Origin: Candidatus Micrarchaeota archaeon
GTDB lineage: Archaea; Micrarchaeota; Micrarchaeia; Anstonellales; Bilamarchaeaceae
Length of the DNA stretch: 64,000 bases
Assembly: GCA_018812715.1 (NCBI GenBank)
Contig: JAHJCT010000017.1
Span: 204,019 to 268,018 of the forward strand
Reading direction: 5' to 3'
Position numbers and translations under genes: made by a program. Every line of letters begins with the position of its first letter. Positions within the stretch are counted from its first letter, which is position 1. Below the pieces are notes generated by a model. The model was not told the DNA's origin, did not search any database, and saw only the letters and a list, made by a program, of their open reading frames with translations. Shown in pieces: positions 35,270 to 45,087 of this stretch.

Positions 35270-36175
35270 ATGCGAATTTTTCTTTTCCTTTTCTTAATTT
35301 CTCTTACATTTGCAGCAAATGTAACTCCATTTCTTAATTTAGAATTAGAAACTAGTTGTCCAGGCAATTTCCTCAACATAACAACCATCTTATCTAATGG
35401 TACAGCGGCAGCAGATGTAGAACTTCGACTTGTACGTCATATTCCCTATCAAGGCCTTCGTGCTATTCAACATACTAATGAAAATGGGACAGCATCTGTA
35501 GAATTAACAAACACAGGTGAATATCGTATCTACATTGAAAACAGCGATTACTACAATAGTGATACATTTGTAGAGTTCAATTACTCTGAGATGTGTCCTC
35601 TTCCTCCTCCAGAAGAGTTTAATCTCTCTATTGAAGTAAATTGCAATGCCAGCATCCTCAAAATAACTGCAAGTAAAGATGGAATCCCATTGGAAAATGT
35701 TTTCATAAACACACAGAATTGGTCTTCTCTCACCGGAACTACTGGAACTGTTTTCTTTCTGCTTGAAGAAGGTTGGACTTTGATACGTGCAAATAAATCT
35801 GGATATGTTTACAAAGAATCAATTATAAACATAGTTTGCACACCGCCAGAATGCATTACAGATGAGAATTGCACCTATAATCAATATTGCTTCAATGAGA
35901 GTTGCATCAATCTCACTGGTGTATGTGGCTATCCAGAAAATCATTCATGGATTGGATATGAGTGCTGTGAAGATGGGGGTTGTGAAATGAATTTTGTATG
36001 TCTGAATAACAGCTGCATTTCATTGCCTCCACAGCCTGAAAATATAAACAATGTTTCCCTAAACCAAACTGTCTCTCAAGAAGAACCTGCAGAACCCCCC
36101 TGTATTGCGGCATTATTGCTACTATTTATTTTGCTATTGACCACTTTATTGAACTACGTTCAATATGCGCCTTGA
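35270..36175 (+). CDS. secreted/anchored glycoprotein-like protein: signal peptide, beta-sandwich domains, Cys-rich module, C-terminal hydrophobic anchor
   Basis: MRIFLFLFLISLTFAANV signal peptide (the track N-terminal extension from 35057 overlaps the GNAT gene). About 16 NxS/T sequons. CGYPENHSWIGYECC module. C-terminal PCIAALLLLFILLLTTLL. Confidence 0.7.
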   Translation: MRIFLFLFLISLTFAANVTPFLNLELETSCPGNFLNITTILSNGTAAADVELRLVRHIPYQGLRAIQHTNENGTASVELTNTGEYRIYIENSDYYNSDTFVEFNYSEMCPLPPPEEFNLSIEVNCNASILKITASKDGIPLENVFINTQNWSSLTGTTGTVFFLLEEGWTLIRANKSGYVYKESIINIVCTPPECITDENCTYNQYCFNESCINLTGVCGYPENHSWIGYECCEDGGCEMNFVCLNNSCISLPPQPENINNVSLNQTVSQEEPAEPPCIAALLLLFILLLTTLLNYVQYAP

Positions 36176-36251
36176 ACTTTGTTCAAGTGCGACCCATTTA
36201 CTTTTGCCATTAGAATAACATAAATCAGAAGTAATTGGAGTGGGCTTTCTG

Positions 36252-36296
36252 CTTGAAAATAAATTTTCAAGATCAGCCAACTTTGCATAAGCAAAG
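36252..36296. terminator. two AT-rich perfect hairpins between convergent transcription units
   Basis: cttgaaaat-aa-attttcaag (36252-36271) and ctttgc-ataa-gcaaag (36281-36296), bracketed by the direct repeat agtgggctttc (36239-36249 and 36295-36305). Confidence 0.35.
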
Positions 36297-36548
36297 TGGG
36301 CTTTCCAGTTAGCCTTGACATGAATATAAGGAGCCAATATCCGCTACTCAATCCTGGATCTTATAAGCACGGAACGATACATTTAGGGCTGCTTCTTCCG
36401 ATCTGACCCGGTTCATATATAATCCCGCCACATAAGGCAGGACGTCAACGCTTAAGATACTGGGCATACATCCACGGCAAAACGCCCCAGACCTTCGAGT
36501 CGCCTAAGGGGATTTGCGATGCCGGGACCCCTAGCCCCGCTCTAGCCC
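36290..36548 (-). ncRNA. signal recognition particle RNA (7S/SRP RNA); 3' end uncertain (36235-36330)
   Basis: ORF-free GC-rich island. The minus strand starts GGGCUAGAGCGGGGCUAGGGGUCCC with two 5' hairpins. It has a helix-6-like UCCUGCC-UUAUGU-GGCGGGA. It has the helix-8 signature CCGGGUCAGAUCGGAAGAAGCAGCCC (compare the universal GGUCAGGUCCGGAAGGAAGCAGCC). Confidence 0.7.
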
Positions 36549-36569
36549 ATTATTATAACGAAATTCTCC

Positions 36570-36578
36570 TTTTTAAAA
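36570..36578 (-). promoter_or_regulatory. TATA-box-like TTTTAAAAA 22-30 nt upstream of the SRP RNA 5' end
   Basis: The position matches the archaeal box A spacing. It lies inside the end of the Bud32 gene. Confidence 0.4.
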
Positions 36579-37115
36579 CGCATACCTAACTCTTTTTTCT
36601 ACATTTTTAACTCGTTTCAATATGCCTTTGGCTTTAGAATAAGATTCATATCCTTTGATGAAACTTTCTTTTTCAGAGATTGCCCTTAACATAGTAAAAA
36701 CATCAACTGCTTTATCTTCAATATCATTAGAAACAAATCCTAATCCAAAATCTATGACAAACATTTCTCCATCAACAAAAAGATTTGCCGGGGTGTAATC
36801 ACCATGAATGATATCTGATGTATGTAATTTAGCAAGCAGCTCTCCCGCTTCTTTTGCTTCTTCATTATTCATCTCAGGTCTTTTCCCTGCAATAAAACTC
36901 ATTGTTATGGCAAATTCCTCTACTTCAAGAACTGTTGGGCATGCGACCCCTGCAATCTTTGCTTTATGCAAAAGCCTTGCCTCTCCGCGCGTTCTTTCTC
37001 TTCTTAATTTTTCATCTAAATTCTTATCTCTGTAAGCTTTTGCGATTCTCTCTTTAATCACTACTGGCTTTCCTAAAAGACTAGTTTTATGCAATACTGC
37101 TTCAGCACCCCTCAT
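36573..37115 (-). CDS. bud32: Bud32-type (KEOPS) serine/threonine kinase
   Basis: Small RIO-like kinase: VVIKERIAKAYR, IIHGDYTPANLFV, VIDFGLG. ATG at 37115 (the track start is TTG). Confidence 0.75.
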   Translation of the reverse strand: MRGAEAVLHKTSLLGKPVVIKERIAKAYRDKNLDEKLRRERTRGEARLLHKAKIAGVACPTVLEVEEFAITMSFIAGKRPEMNNEEAKEAGELLAKLHTSDIIHGDYTPANLFVDGEMFVIDFGLGFVSNDIEDKAVDVFTMLRAISEKESFIKGYESYSKAKGILKRVKNVEKRVRYAF

Positions 37116-37119
37116 CTTT

Positions 37120-37851
37120 TCACCCAAAAGCCAATTTAGAGAAAATTAGTACAATGACTAATAGTATAGCCCAATTTAGAACCATTGCAGGGCTTATGAA
37201 TATCCATCCCAAAGCCAATACTACTAATGTTATTGCAGTCCAAACAAGCCTGCTCCATCTAAATATCTTACTTCCATCCAATGGAAATGCCGGTATAGTA
37301 TTGAAGAGTGCCAGCAAAAGATTAATTGCAGCACCGAACTGCCATACTTTGAATACACCGTTACTTATTCCAAGTCCTCCAAATCCATCTCCTAATCCAA
37401 CTAAGAATGAAAAGTATTGATTCACTGGAGCAATCAATTCAAGACCGAGGAAAAAGAAAAATAACAAAACATTTAGCACCGGGCCAGCAATTGATATAAT
37501 GCCATTTTGTCTGACGGTTATCCTGTTTGAATAAATATAAACTGCACCAGGAGCTGCAAAAAGCAGACCAAAAAGAGACATCAGCAACATCAGCACTAAT
37601 CCTTGGGTCCACATTTTGAATTTTGCCTTTGCTCCATACATTATGGCAACAAGCTTATGGGCCATTTCATGTAATACAAATCCGCTTCCAATCGTCACCA
37701 TTAAAGGTGCCATGAAAACGAAAAATTCTACTGGATACTTCAACATTCCACCAATTTCTGCGAATACTAATCCTAATGCAAATGAAATAGCCACTACACT
37801 GATGATTATTTCTATTGCCTCATCTGCTTCTATCGAAAATATCCTATGCAA
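37120..37851 (-). CDS. membrane zinc metalloprotease (M50/site-2-protease-like)
   Basis: Polytopic membrane protein with HEMAH inside a TM helix. Apparent TTG start directly after the upstream stop codon. Confidence 0.55.
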   Translation of the reverse strand: MHRIFSIEADEAIEIIISVVAISFALGLVFAEIGGMLKYPVEFFVFMAPLMVTIGSGFVLHEMAHKLVAIMYGAKAKFKMWTQGLVLMLLMSLFGLLFAAPGAVYIYSNRITVRQNGIISIAGPVLNVLLFFFFLGLELIAPVNQYFSFLVGLGDGFGGLGISNGVFKVWQFGAAINLLLALFNTIPAFPLDGSKIFRWSRLVWTAITLVVLALGWIFISPAMVLNWAILLVIVLIFSKLAFG

Positions 37852-38232
37852 TCAATCAACCAACTTTTCTTCGTAAATAATACGAATTTTTGCAGGAGTT
37901 ATAAGTCCCGTATAACTTTCTATAATTCCTAATACCTCAGTTCCATTATTAAGTGTTATCTTTATCTGGTCATTTTTTCTTCCATTCGCAGCTGCCTTCC
38001 CAACCCTCCCTATAATTCCAGGAAGGGCCGAATCTGTGACAACTGCTACCTTATCTCCTGATTTTACTCCTCTAACATCGGGATATAATGCTGTTGCTCC
38101 TATCGAAATAACAGTGCTAATTGCAAATATCTTGAGCGTAGTAATGATAGTAATTTCTGGCAGCAACCCGAACGCTAACAATGAAATGCAAATAGAAATT
38201 AACATCAATTTGAAGAACATCGCAATTCTCAT
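37852..38232 (-). CDS. membrane protein (2 TM helices plus a small beta-rich domain), unknown function
   Basis: Hydrophobic N-terminal half. ATG at 38232 or 38244. Confidence 0.45.
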   Translation of the reverse strand: MRIAMFFKLMLISICISLLAFGLLPEITIITTLKIFAISTVISIGATALYPDVRGVKSGDKVAVVTDSALPGIIGRVGKAAANGRKNDQIKITLNNGTEVLGIIESYTGLITPAKIRIIYEEKLVD

Positions 38233-38236
38233 TGTT

Positions 38237-40384
38237 TCACCCATACATAGTAGATGCCGTAGTTTTGAATTTCTTCACACTCTCAACATCCTCTTTCTTA
38301 ATACTTGGCACTATTGATTTGAACGAGAGTTCGAAGTGCCTTGTTTCAACCTTTTTTGCCCCTTCCCTTATGGCAGCCATTCCAGCTTCTCTTACAAGAT
38401 TTTCTATATCTGCACCAGTGTAGCCATCTGTAAGTTTTGTCAAATCTTTGAGATTTACATCATTACTAAGCGGCATATTTCTGACTGCTATTTTGAATAT
38501 ACTGAGTCTTGCTGCTTCATCTGGTGCCTTTATTTCTATAAATCTATCAAATCTTCCTGGCCGCATAAGTGCTGGATCAAGAATATCTGGTCTATTTGTT
38601 GCAGCGATAACTACAACATTTTTGAGGCTCCTTAAACCATCCATCTCAGTAAGTAATGTGTCAACTATTCTTTCAGTTACTAATGCGCCCCCCTCACCAT
38701 ATCCAGTTCTTCTCACAGCAACTGCATCCATCTCATCTATGAACAATACGCATGGTGCTGCCATTCGTGCTTTTTTGAAAAGTTCTCTTACTGTTCTTTC
38801 AGATTCTCCAACATACTTAGACAACACCTGTGCCCCGCTTATTGATATGAAATTGGCTTCGGTTTCATTAGCTACGGCCTTAGCAAGTAGTGTTTTTCCT
38901 GTTCCCGGTGGACCGTACATTAAGATACCTTTAATCGGTCTGATACCCATTTTTTCAAACATTTCGGGCATTTTCAATGGCAATTCTACTGCTTCTTGAA
39001 TCTCTCTTTTCACTTCTTCAAGACCTCCGATATCCTCCCATTTGACTGATGGCCTTTCAACAAAGACCTCACGAAGTGCAGATGGTTGTATCTCATGCAT
39101 TGCATTGAAGAAATCATCTCGCGTTACTTTTATGCTTTCAAGTAATTGTGGAGAAAGATTTTCCTCATCCATATTTATACTTGGAAGAATCCTCCTCAGT
39201 GCTTTTATTGCAGCTTCTTTTGTAAGCAGAGCAAGATCAGCACCAGTATAACCATGAGTAACATTTGCCATTTCTATGATCTTAAAGTTTTCTTCAAGTG
39301 GCATGCATCTTACATGGATATTCAATATCTCCTCTCTTCCTTTTTTGTCTGGTACTCCTATTTCAATTTCCCTGTCAAATCTACCCGGCCGCCTCAATGC
39401 CGGATCCAATGAATCTGGCCTATTAGTAGCCCCAATTACTATTACCTCCCCTCTCACTCTTAGGCCATCCATGGTGGTAAGCAATTGTGATACCATTCTT
39501 TTTTCTACTTCACCAACAACCTCTTCACGTTTTGGGGCTATGGCATCTATCTCGTCTATGAAAATTATGGATGGTGCAGTTTCTTGTGCCTCTGCAAACA
39601 ATTTACGCAGTCTTTCTTCACTCTCTCCGACATATTTGCTTATTATTTCTGGCCCACCAACATAGAAGAAATTTGCATCACTTTCATTAGCCACGGCTTT
39701 AGCAAGTAATGTTTTTCCTGTTCCTGGAGAACCATGAAGCAGAATTCCCTTTGGTGGTTCTATTCCCAAACGCTCGAATAATTCCGGATGCCTCAAAGGA
39801 AGTTCAATCATCTCACGCACTTTTTGTATGGTGTCCTTTAAGCCGCCAACATCATCATAGGTAATATTCGGTATATTCTTCATCTCTTTAATCGGTTCTT
39901 TGTTTATATGTACTTCAGTATCTTCGCTTATCACTACTGGCCCTTGCGGGAAGACCTGGGCTACTATTAATGGTATAGAAGTTCCGAAAATACCAACAGG
40001 AAGTAGATTTCCTTTGAGTACTGCTTTGCCAATCAATCTTTTCTTTACATATTGGTCAAATCCTACTGAATATCTTACACTTTCCTGAGGCGCAAGAACA
40101 ATCTTTTTCGCATTTTTCACCTGTATTGGTTCTACTCTTATCCGTTCGCCAAGTCCAATACTGAGGTTTTGCCGCAGAATTCCATCTATTCTTATCATAT
40201 CTAATCCTTCGTCATCTTGGTGGGCCTGCCAAACGATAGCAAGTGCAGATTTTTTTCCAGTCAGTTTGATGATATCTCCAGTAGAGACTCCCAATTGACT
40301 TTTTGCTTTGGAGTCAACCCTTGCAATTCCTCTTCCGATATCATTCTGGAATGCTTCAGCAATTTTTAGTGATATCCCAGCCAT
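38237..40384 (-). CDS. cdc48: CDC48/VCP-like AAA+ ATPase
   Basis: N-domain plus two AAA modules (GSPGTGKTLLAKAVA and GPPGTGKTLLAKAVA; DEID/DEMD Walker B). Confidence 0.9.
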   Translation of the reverse strand: MAGISLKIAEAFQNDIGRGIARVDSKAKSQLGVSTGDIIKLTGKKSALAIVWQAHQDDEGLDMIRIDGILRQNLSIGLGERIRVEPIQVKNAKKIVLAPQESVRYSVGFDQYVKKRLIGKAVLKGNLLPVGIFGTSIPLIVAQVFPQGPVVISEDTEVHINKEPIKEMKNIPNITYDDVGGLKDTIQKVREMIELPLRHPELFERLGIEPPKGILLHGSPGTGKTLLAKAVANESDANFFYVGGPEIISKYVGESEERLRKLFAEAQETAPSIIFIDEIDAIAPKREEVVGEVEKRMVSQLLTTMDGLRVRGEVIVIGATNRPDSLDPALRRPGRFDREIEIGVPDKKGREEILNIHVRCMPLEENFKIIEMANVTHGYTGADLALLTKEAAIKALRRILPSINMDEENLSPQLLESIKVTRDDFFNAMHEIQPSALREVFVERPSVKWEDIGGLEEVKREIQEAVELPLKMPEMFEKMGIRPIKGILMYGPPGTGKTLLAKAVANETEANFISISGAQVLSKYVGESERTVRELFKKARMAAPCVLFIDEMDAVAVRRTGYGEGGALVTERIVDTLLTEMDGLRSLKNVVVIAATNRPDILDPALMRPGRFDRFIEIKAPDEAARLSIFKIAVRNMPLSNDVNLKDLTKLTDGYTGADIENLVREAGMAAIREGAKKVETRHFELSFKSIVPSIKKEDVESVKKFKTTASTMYG

Positions 40385-40387
40385 TTT

Positions 40388-41359
40388 CTAACCTCTAATA
40401 AAAACTTGACCTTTTTTCTCCTCTATTTTAACTGCGATTCTAGTATTTATTAAAGTTCCTCTTTTAAGTTCCACGACGGTAGAAAGGGCAATATCATCAG
40501 CCACTTTAATTCCCAAGAACTTAAGGGCATTTTTACGATTTAAAGAAACAGTTTTGTTATTTACATCCACTGAGAGCATTTCATCTTTGCATGTTAGCTC
40601 TTTCACTGTCCCAATAAGCATATTCTCTTTTCTTCTTGTCTTTATTCTTGAGGAGTGATCAAGAGTTATGTCTCCTTTATTGACATGCCCACCTTCAATC
40701 AAAATCTCATCACCTTCTTTGAGCTTTTCTCCCCTCTCAACATTTTCACATATCACAACCCTTCGTTCTGTTTTTCCATTTGATATCATGAATGAGAATC
40801 CCATCGAGCTTCGCCCATCTCTTACAAATTTGTCATATCTTTCAATCTTGCTTATAATTCCCTTCAGATGTACTATCTCATCATCTTCCAGCTCATCTAA
40901 TTCAGAAAATGGGGACTTTTTCTCAATCGTCAACTTTCCGCTATACCCAAAATGAAGTTCTCCTGATTTTTCATATACTCCATTTACATTAATCTCATCA
41001 TTCACTCTAACGCTCTTTACTAATTCGGTATCTTTGTTCCAAAATACCAACGGCATCTCCCCAGTTTCATCTTTCACTTCTACAACCTGCGAGCATTTTC
41101 CTGAGGGGTAAGTTACTAGTGGCCAGATCTTTTTTACATGTGCTCTAAAAGCCATTTTTCTGATTCCTTTGGGTGCCTCACCAAGTTTGTAGGTCTCTTC
41201 CTTTTGTTTAAGTATGTCCCTTTCCTTTGCTATTAATCTTACTGCAACTTCTCGAGTAAGCAGGCCATGAAACGATGCAATTTTTTGTTTTATCAACTGC
41301 TCTAATTCGTCTTTTTCAATTAATTTGAGCAGTTCCCCCTCCATGTCCATGAAAAGCAT
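40388..41359 (-). CDS. multi-OB-fold protein, RPA/SSB-like (tentative)
   Basis: Repeated pattern ...V.D.TGE.PLVFW......V.V.DEI.V.G... is suggestive of OB folds. ATG at 41359. Confidence 0.4.
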   Translation of the reverse strand: MLFMDMEGELLKLIEKDELEQLIKQKIASFHGLLTREVAVRLIAKERDILKQKEETYKLGEAPKGIRKMAFRAHVKKIWPLVTYPSGKCSQVVEVKDETGEMPLVFWNKDTELVKSVRVNDEINVNGVYEKSGELHFGYSGKLTIEKKSPFSELDELEDDEIVHLKGIISKIERYDKFVRDGRSSMGFSFMISNGKTERRVVICENVERGEKLKEGDEILIEGGHVNKGDITLDHSSRIKTRRKENMLIGTVKELTCKDEMLSVDVNNKTVSLNRKNALKFLGIKVADDIALSTVVELKRGTLINTRIAVKIEEKKGQVFIRG

Positions 41360-41400
41360 TTGCACCCAAATAATTTAAACGTAAATGACTATTTTCATAC

Positions 41401-42369
41401 ATGCGAAAAATGTCAAATCTAGAGTATTCATTTATAGTCAAAGAACTTTCTTCTTTACTTGGTAAGCACTTCTCAAAAATACGCAAAATGAACGAGGATA
41501 CCTATCGTATGAAAATAGGAAACATTGAAATTCTTTGTCAATTAGGCGTCCGCATCCACAAAACTAAATATATAGAAGAACCAGAACCACATGACAAATT
41601 TGTACAAAAATTAGAAAAAGAACTTGTAAATGCAAAGCTTCTCTCAATAGAACAACTAAACAACGATCGCATTATTTCATTCAATTTTGATAAAGGAAAT
41701 CTAGTTTTTGAAATGTTTGGAAAAGGCAACATTATCCTGTTGAAAGATGAAAAAATCATCTGTGCTTATAAAAATGAAAAATGGGCAGACAGGGAAATTA
41801 AGGTTGGCCTTGGTTACTCCCCACCAAAGAAGCCTTCAGATGAAATCGAAGTTTCAGATCGATATATCATAGTATCATTGACAAAACTTCCTCTGGGAAA
41901 GGAGTATGCACTTGAAGTACTGGCAAGATTGGGAATAGATGAAAAAACACCTGGAAACAAACTTAACACAGAACAACTTTCTAAACTTGAAAAAGAAATT
42001 GAAAAAATCAAAAAAAGCTGCCAGCCCTGCATGTTCATTCAAGATGGAAGACCATTTGATTTCTCACTTACAGAACTATCCTCTTATTCAACCCACGAAT
42101 CTAAGAAATTCCAATCTCTCAGTGAGGCAATTGATGAGTTTTATTATGCACGTGAAGCACCAAATGAACAACTTGAAAAACTGAAAAAAAGACTAGAAAA
42201 ACAGAAAGAAAGATTGGAATCTTTGAAAGGGGAAGAAAAAGAAAATCGGCAGAAAGGCGATCTGATATATGAAAATTACAGTAAAGTAGAAGAAAGTATA
42301 AAAGCTGCCAAAGCGGATAAAATTAAAAATTTAAATAAAAAAGAAAAATCAGTTGAAACCGACCTTTAG
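41401..42369 (+). CDS. NFACT-N (FbpA/Rqc2 N-terminal) domain protein with coiled-coil tail; short form
   Basis: N-term LEYSFIVKELSSLLGKHFSKI...RIISFNFDKGNLVFEMFGKGNIILL matches the NFACT-N pattern. At 322 aa it appears to lack the C-terminal half of typical archaeal homologues. Confidence 0.5.
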   Translation: MRKMSNLEYSFIVKELSSLLGKHFSKIRKMNEDTYRMKIGNIEILCQLGVRIHKTKYIEEPEPHDKFVQKLEKELVNAKLLSIEQLNNDRIISFNFDKGNLVFEMFGKGNIILLKDEKIICAYKNEKWADREIKVGLGYSPPKKPSDEIEVSDRYIIVSLTKLPLGKEYALEVLARLGIDEKTPGNKLNTEQLSKLEKEIEKIKKSCQPCMFIQDGRPFDFSLTELSSYSTHESKKFQSLSEAIDEFYYAREAPNEQLEKLKKRLEKQKERLESLKGEEKENRQKGDLIYENYSKVEESIKAAKADKIKNLNKKEKSVETDL

Positions 42370-42773
42370 TATACTGATTCATTAGCCAATAAATTATCCT
42401 TCAGAATCAGTGCTGTTTTTCTTGGGTTGTCCACCATCAATGACAGTACTGTTGTTTTACCATCTTTAGAAATCATGTGGACATTTTGTATATTCACTCC
42501 CTCTTTTGACAGTGAACTAGTTATTCTGTTTAATTCTCCTGGTTTGTCGTCAAGTTTTACTACAACTGAATTAAGTTCTTCAACCTTGAATCCTGCGGAT
42601 TCAAGTACTTCTTTTCCTTTTTCTGCATCGGAAAGAGTCAAAGTAATAATTCCTTTTCCTGAAATGACATCAGCACTTATCGATTCAATATTTACTTTTT
42701 CTTTTGCTAAGACATATGAAATATCTGCCAAAAGACCTACTTTATCATTTGATACTATAGTTATAGTTCTCAT
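42366..42773 (-). CDS. tandem ACT domain protein
   Basis: Two DKVGLLADIS / DKPGELNRITS beta-alpha-beta-beta-alpha-beta units. ATG at 42773. Confidence 0.65.
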   Translation of the reverse strand: MRTITIVSNDKVGLLADISYVLAKEKVNIESISADVISGKGIITLTLSDAEKGKEVLESAGFKVEELNSVVVKLDDKPGELNRITSSLSKEGVNIQNVHMISKDGKTTVLSLMVDNPRKTALILKDNLLANESVY

Positions 42774-42784
42774 ACAACCACCTC

Positions 42785-43081
42785 TCACAATCTATAAATT
42801 TGGACATAAGGAATTTTATTTATATACATAATTTCTTCTTTATCTATTATATCCATAGAAATAGCAATACTTACACATCTACTCCCAACTAAATTAGCAG
42901 AATCAAATTCTTTTAAAGCACTTTTAACGTCGTCATCTCCTGCTCTTTCTCCAATGTAAAATGCCCTATGCCTGTCAAGATCCATATACACAGTTCCATC
43001 ATCAAGAACCTTTCCAATTAGTTCTTTATCACAAATAGCAACTATGCGTCCTGTTTGAGTTTCGTGTATCTTCAAATACAT
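42785..43081 (-). CDS. DUF424 family protein
   Basis: MYLKIHETQTGRIVAICDKELIGKVL...FYIGE pattern. Confidence 0.5.
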   Translation of the reverse strand: MYLKIHETQTGRIVAICDKELIGKVLDDGTVYMDLDRHRAFYIGERAGDDDVKSALKEFDSANLVGSRCVSIAISMDIIDKEEIMYINKIPYVQIYRL

Positions 43082-43103
43082 AAAAAATTCTATATGTTAA
43101 TCT

Positions 43104-44213
43104 TTATCTGCTTTTGCAATAGTGCAAAGCCAATGCTTTATATGCATCTTTCCATTCTTTGATGCTTTTCATTCCTACATGTTCATTGGATCGATGAATT
43201 ACTTTGTTACCATTTTCATCATAACCAGTTGGTCCCATGCTAATAGTCGGAATGTTTTTCTCTGTGAAAAAATGCCCGTCACAGCCGCCCAATTTAATTC
43301 TAAGCTCTAACTTCCTTTCAAGTACTCTCTCTGCTACTTCTTTTGCATTTACAACTAATTCGTGATCTGGAGCAGTATACATTCCCTTAATCTTCATACT
43401 TATTTCAACTTTTGATTTTTCATCCATGAGACTCTCAAGATACTTCACAACGTTTTCCATATCTTCATTCACTGGCACTCTAATATCAAGTCCAAAGTAA
43501 CACTCTTCAGGTATTACATTGATTGTTTCTCCACCTCTGAAAAGTCCAATATTGCATGTTTTTAGATTAACTGATTCATCTCTAGTTGCTTTCAATATCA
43601 GTATTTTATCTTCAGCTATTTTGTTGATGATACGAATTGCTCTAAGAACAGCACTATCACCTGCATAAAGGCGTGACCCGTGTGCTCGTTTTCCAAATGT
43701 TTTTACATCTGCCCGAACAAGGCCTTTGTGCGCATATGCAATTCCTTCTCCACTTGGTTCCCCAATTACCATTCTTTTTGCATACAATCCTCTTTCTATA
43801 AGAGTCCTTGTTCCATGCTCTCCTCCTTTTTCTTCATCCCCAACAACCTGCAGAATTACCTTTCTCGAAAGATCCTCTTCAGCAAGTTCTAAGTATGCTA
43901 CAAGCATAGCTGCTAATCCGCCTTTCATATCAGTGGCTCCTAACCCGTAAAGCTCTCCACCTTTTATCACAGGTTCAAGCGGATCCGTTTCCCACCCAGT
44001 TCCTGGCGGCACAGTGTCATAATGTCCATTAAATCCTATCTCTGCCTCCCCTTCTCCAATGGTAGCATGTATATTCTTCACACCATTTGATTCAATTATT
44101 GACATTTCTATTCCAGATGTTTCAAGAAGTTCCTTTATGTAGAAAAACGGCCCATCTGCTCCATCATAACTTTTAAGCGCTATAAGGTCTTGAGTTATTT
44201 TTACTGGATCCAT
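43104..44213 (-). CDS. M20 family metallopeptidase (ArgE/DapE/LysK-like deacylase)
   Basis: GHYDTVPPG and GLGATDMKGGLAAM motifs. The ATG shares one base with the upstream TGA (TGATG). Confidence 0.75.
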   Translation of the reverse strand: MDPVKITQDLIALKSYDGADGPFFYIKELLETSGIEMSIIESNGVKNIHATIGEGEAEIGFNGHYDTVPPGTGWETDPLEPVIKGGELYGLGATDMKGGLAAMLVAYLELAEEDLSRKVILQVVGDEEKGGEHGTRTLIERGLYAKRMVIGEPSGEGIAYAHKGLVRADVKTFGKRAHGSRLYAGDSAVLRAIRIINKIAEDKILILKATRDESVNLKTCNIGLFRGGETINVIPEECYFGLDIRVPVNEDMENVVKYLESLMDEKSKVEISMKIKGMYTAPDHELVVNAKEVAERVLERKLELRIKLGGCDGHFFTEKNIPTISMGPTGYDENGNKVIHRSNEHVGMKSIKEWKDAYKALALHYCKSR

Positions 44214-44869
44214 CAAATCAAACCTGCAATAGAATTCAATATCAAAATGCCAAACATACTAACTACTACAAAGAAAAGAAAAATATTTGCTAATTTCATA
44301 AGTTCGAATACATCTTCTACTGATTTCTTTGTTTGCCCCAGTGTTTCTCTTTGGGATTGTACTCCGTCTTTTATATCGCCGATGTCTTCTCCCAATTCAT
44401 TTACTGTTGTTTTTTGCTCTTCAAATGCGGATACTGTTTCATTTAATTCCTGTGCCGATTCTTTTAATGATTCTGCAGCTTCCATATACTCTTCTTCAGG
44501 CATATCTACTCCAAGGCCTTCAATTCCAGATAATATCTCGCCAGTGCTGTTCAATGCATCTGCAGTTGATTGCAGCCCTTCTGAAAGTGGTTCTATCGAT
44601 TCCTGAAGAGATTCAAGTGCAGTGTCAGTAGAATTTAGCCCGCCTTCCAATGTTTCAAGTGTTTCTTCCATTTCAATCATATTTTGTCTTGCTTCTTCAA
44701 GATTGTTCAAAAGAGAGTTTTTGGTTTTGTCCATTGCATCGTTTATGATGAATACCAATACCAACAAGATAAAGCAACCTATAAATGCAATCGCCAATGA
44801 TGCTGCACGAAGAGGTTTTTTCAAATGTTCTAGTTTGAATTCATCCTCTTCAGATTTCTTTTTGGCCAT
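44213..44869 (-). CDS. membrane protein with two TM helices flanking a coiled-coil ectodomain, unknown function
   Basis: TM at aa ~20-45 and C-terminal FLFFVVVSMFGILILNSIAGL. Confidence 0.5.
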   Translation of the reverse strand: MAKKKSEEDEFKLEHLKKPLRAASLAIAFIGCFILLVLVFIINDAMDKTKNSLLNNLEEARQNMIEMEETLETLEGGLNSTDTALESLQESIEPLSEGLQSTADALNSTGEILSGIEGLGVDMPEEEYMEAAESLKESAQELNETVSAFEEQKTTVNELGEDIGDIKDGVQSQRETLGQTKKSVEDVFELMKLANIFLFFVVVSMFGILILNSIAGLI

Positions 44870-44927
44870 AGTTCTATCACTACATCTTTATTCTTAAAAT
44901 TTTGTTTTATTTTTTAGTTAAAAGTAT

Positions 44928-45039
44928 AATGCAGGAGGCGCTTGAATCGAGCTTCATTACAGTCAGTTTTTTGCCTCACTTTTCAAGGATCAGTTTTTTG
45001 GTTCTTTTTTCCTAAAAAAGAACAATGCAGGAGGAAGGA
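44928..45039 (+). repeat. direct repeat copy 1 (core 44951-45039) flanking the VapBC cassette
   Basis: The 89-bp core is 88/89 identical to 45812-45900. It contains a perfect 10-bp hairpin gttctttttt-cct-aaaaaagaac and starts and ends with AATGCAGGAGG. Confidence 0.85.
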
Positions 45040-45087
45040 CATTCGTAATTAGTACAGTGCAGACCCCCGAAATCTCGAGGACAGAGT

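Noticed and set aside
38448-39665. 183-aa and 129-aa plus-strand ORFs.
   Set aside because: They are antisense to the strongly supported CDC48 AAA+ ATPase gene and contain no motifs.
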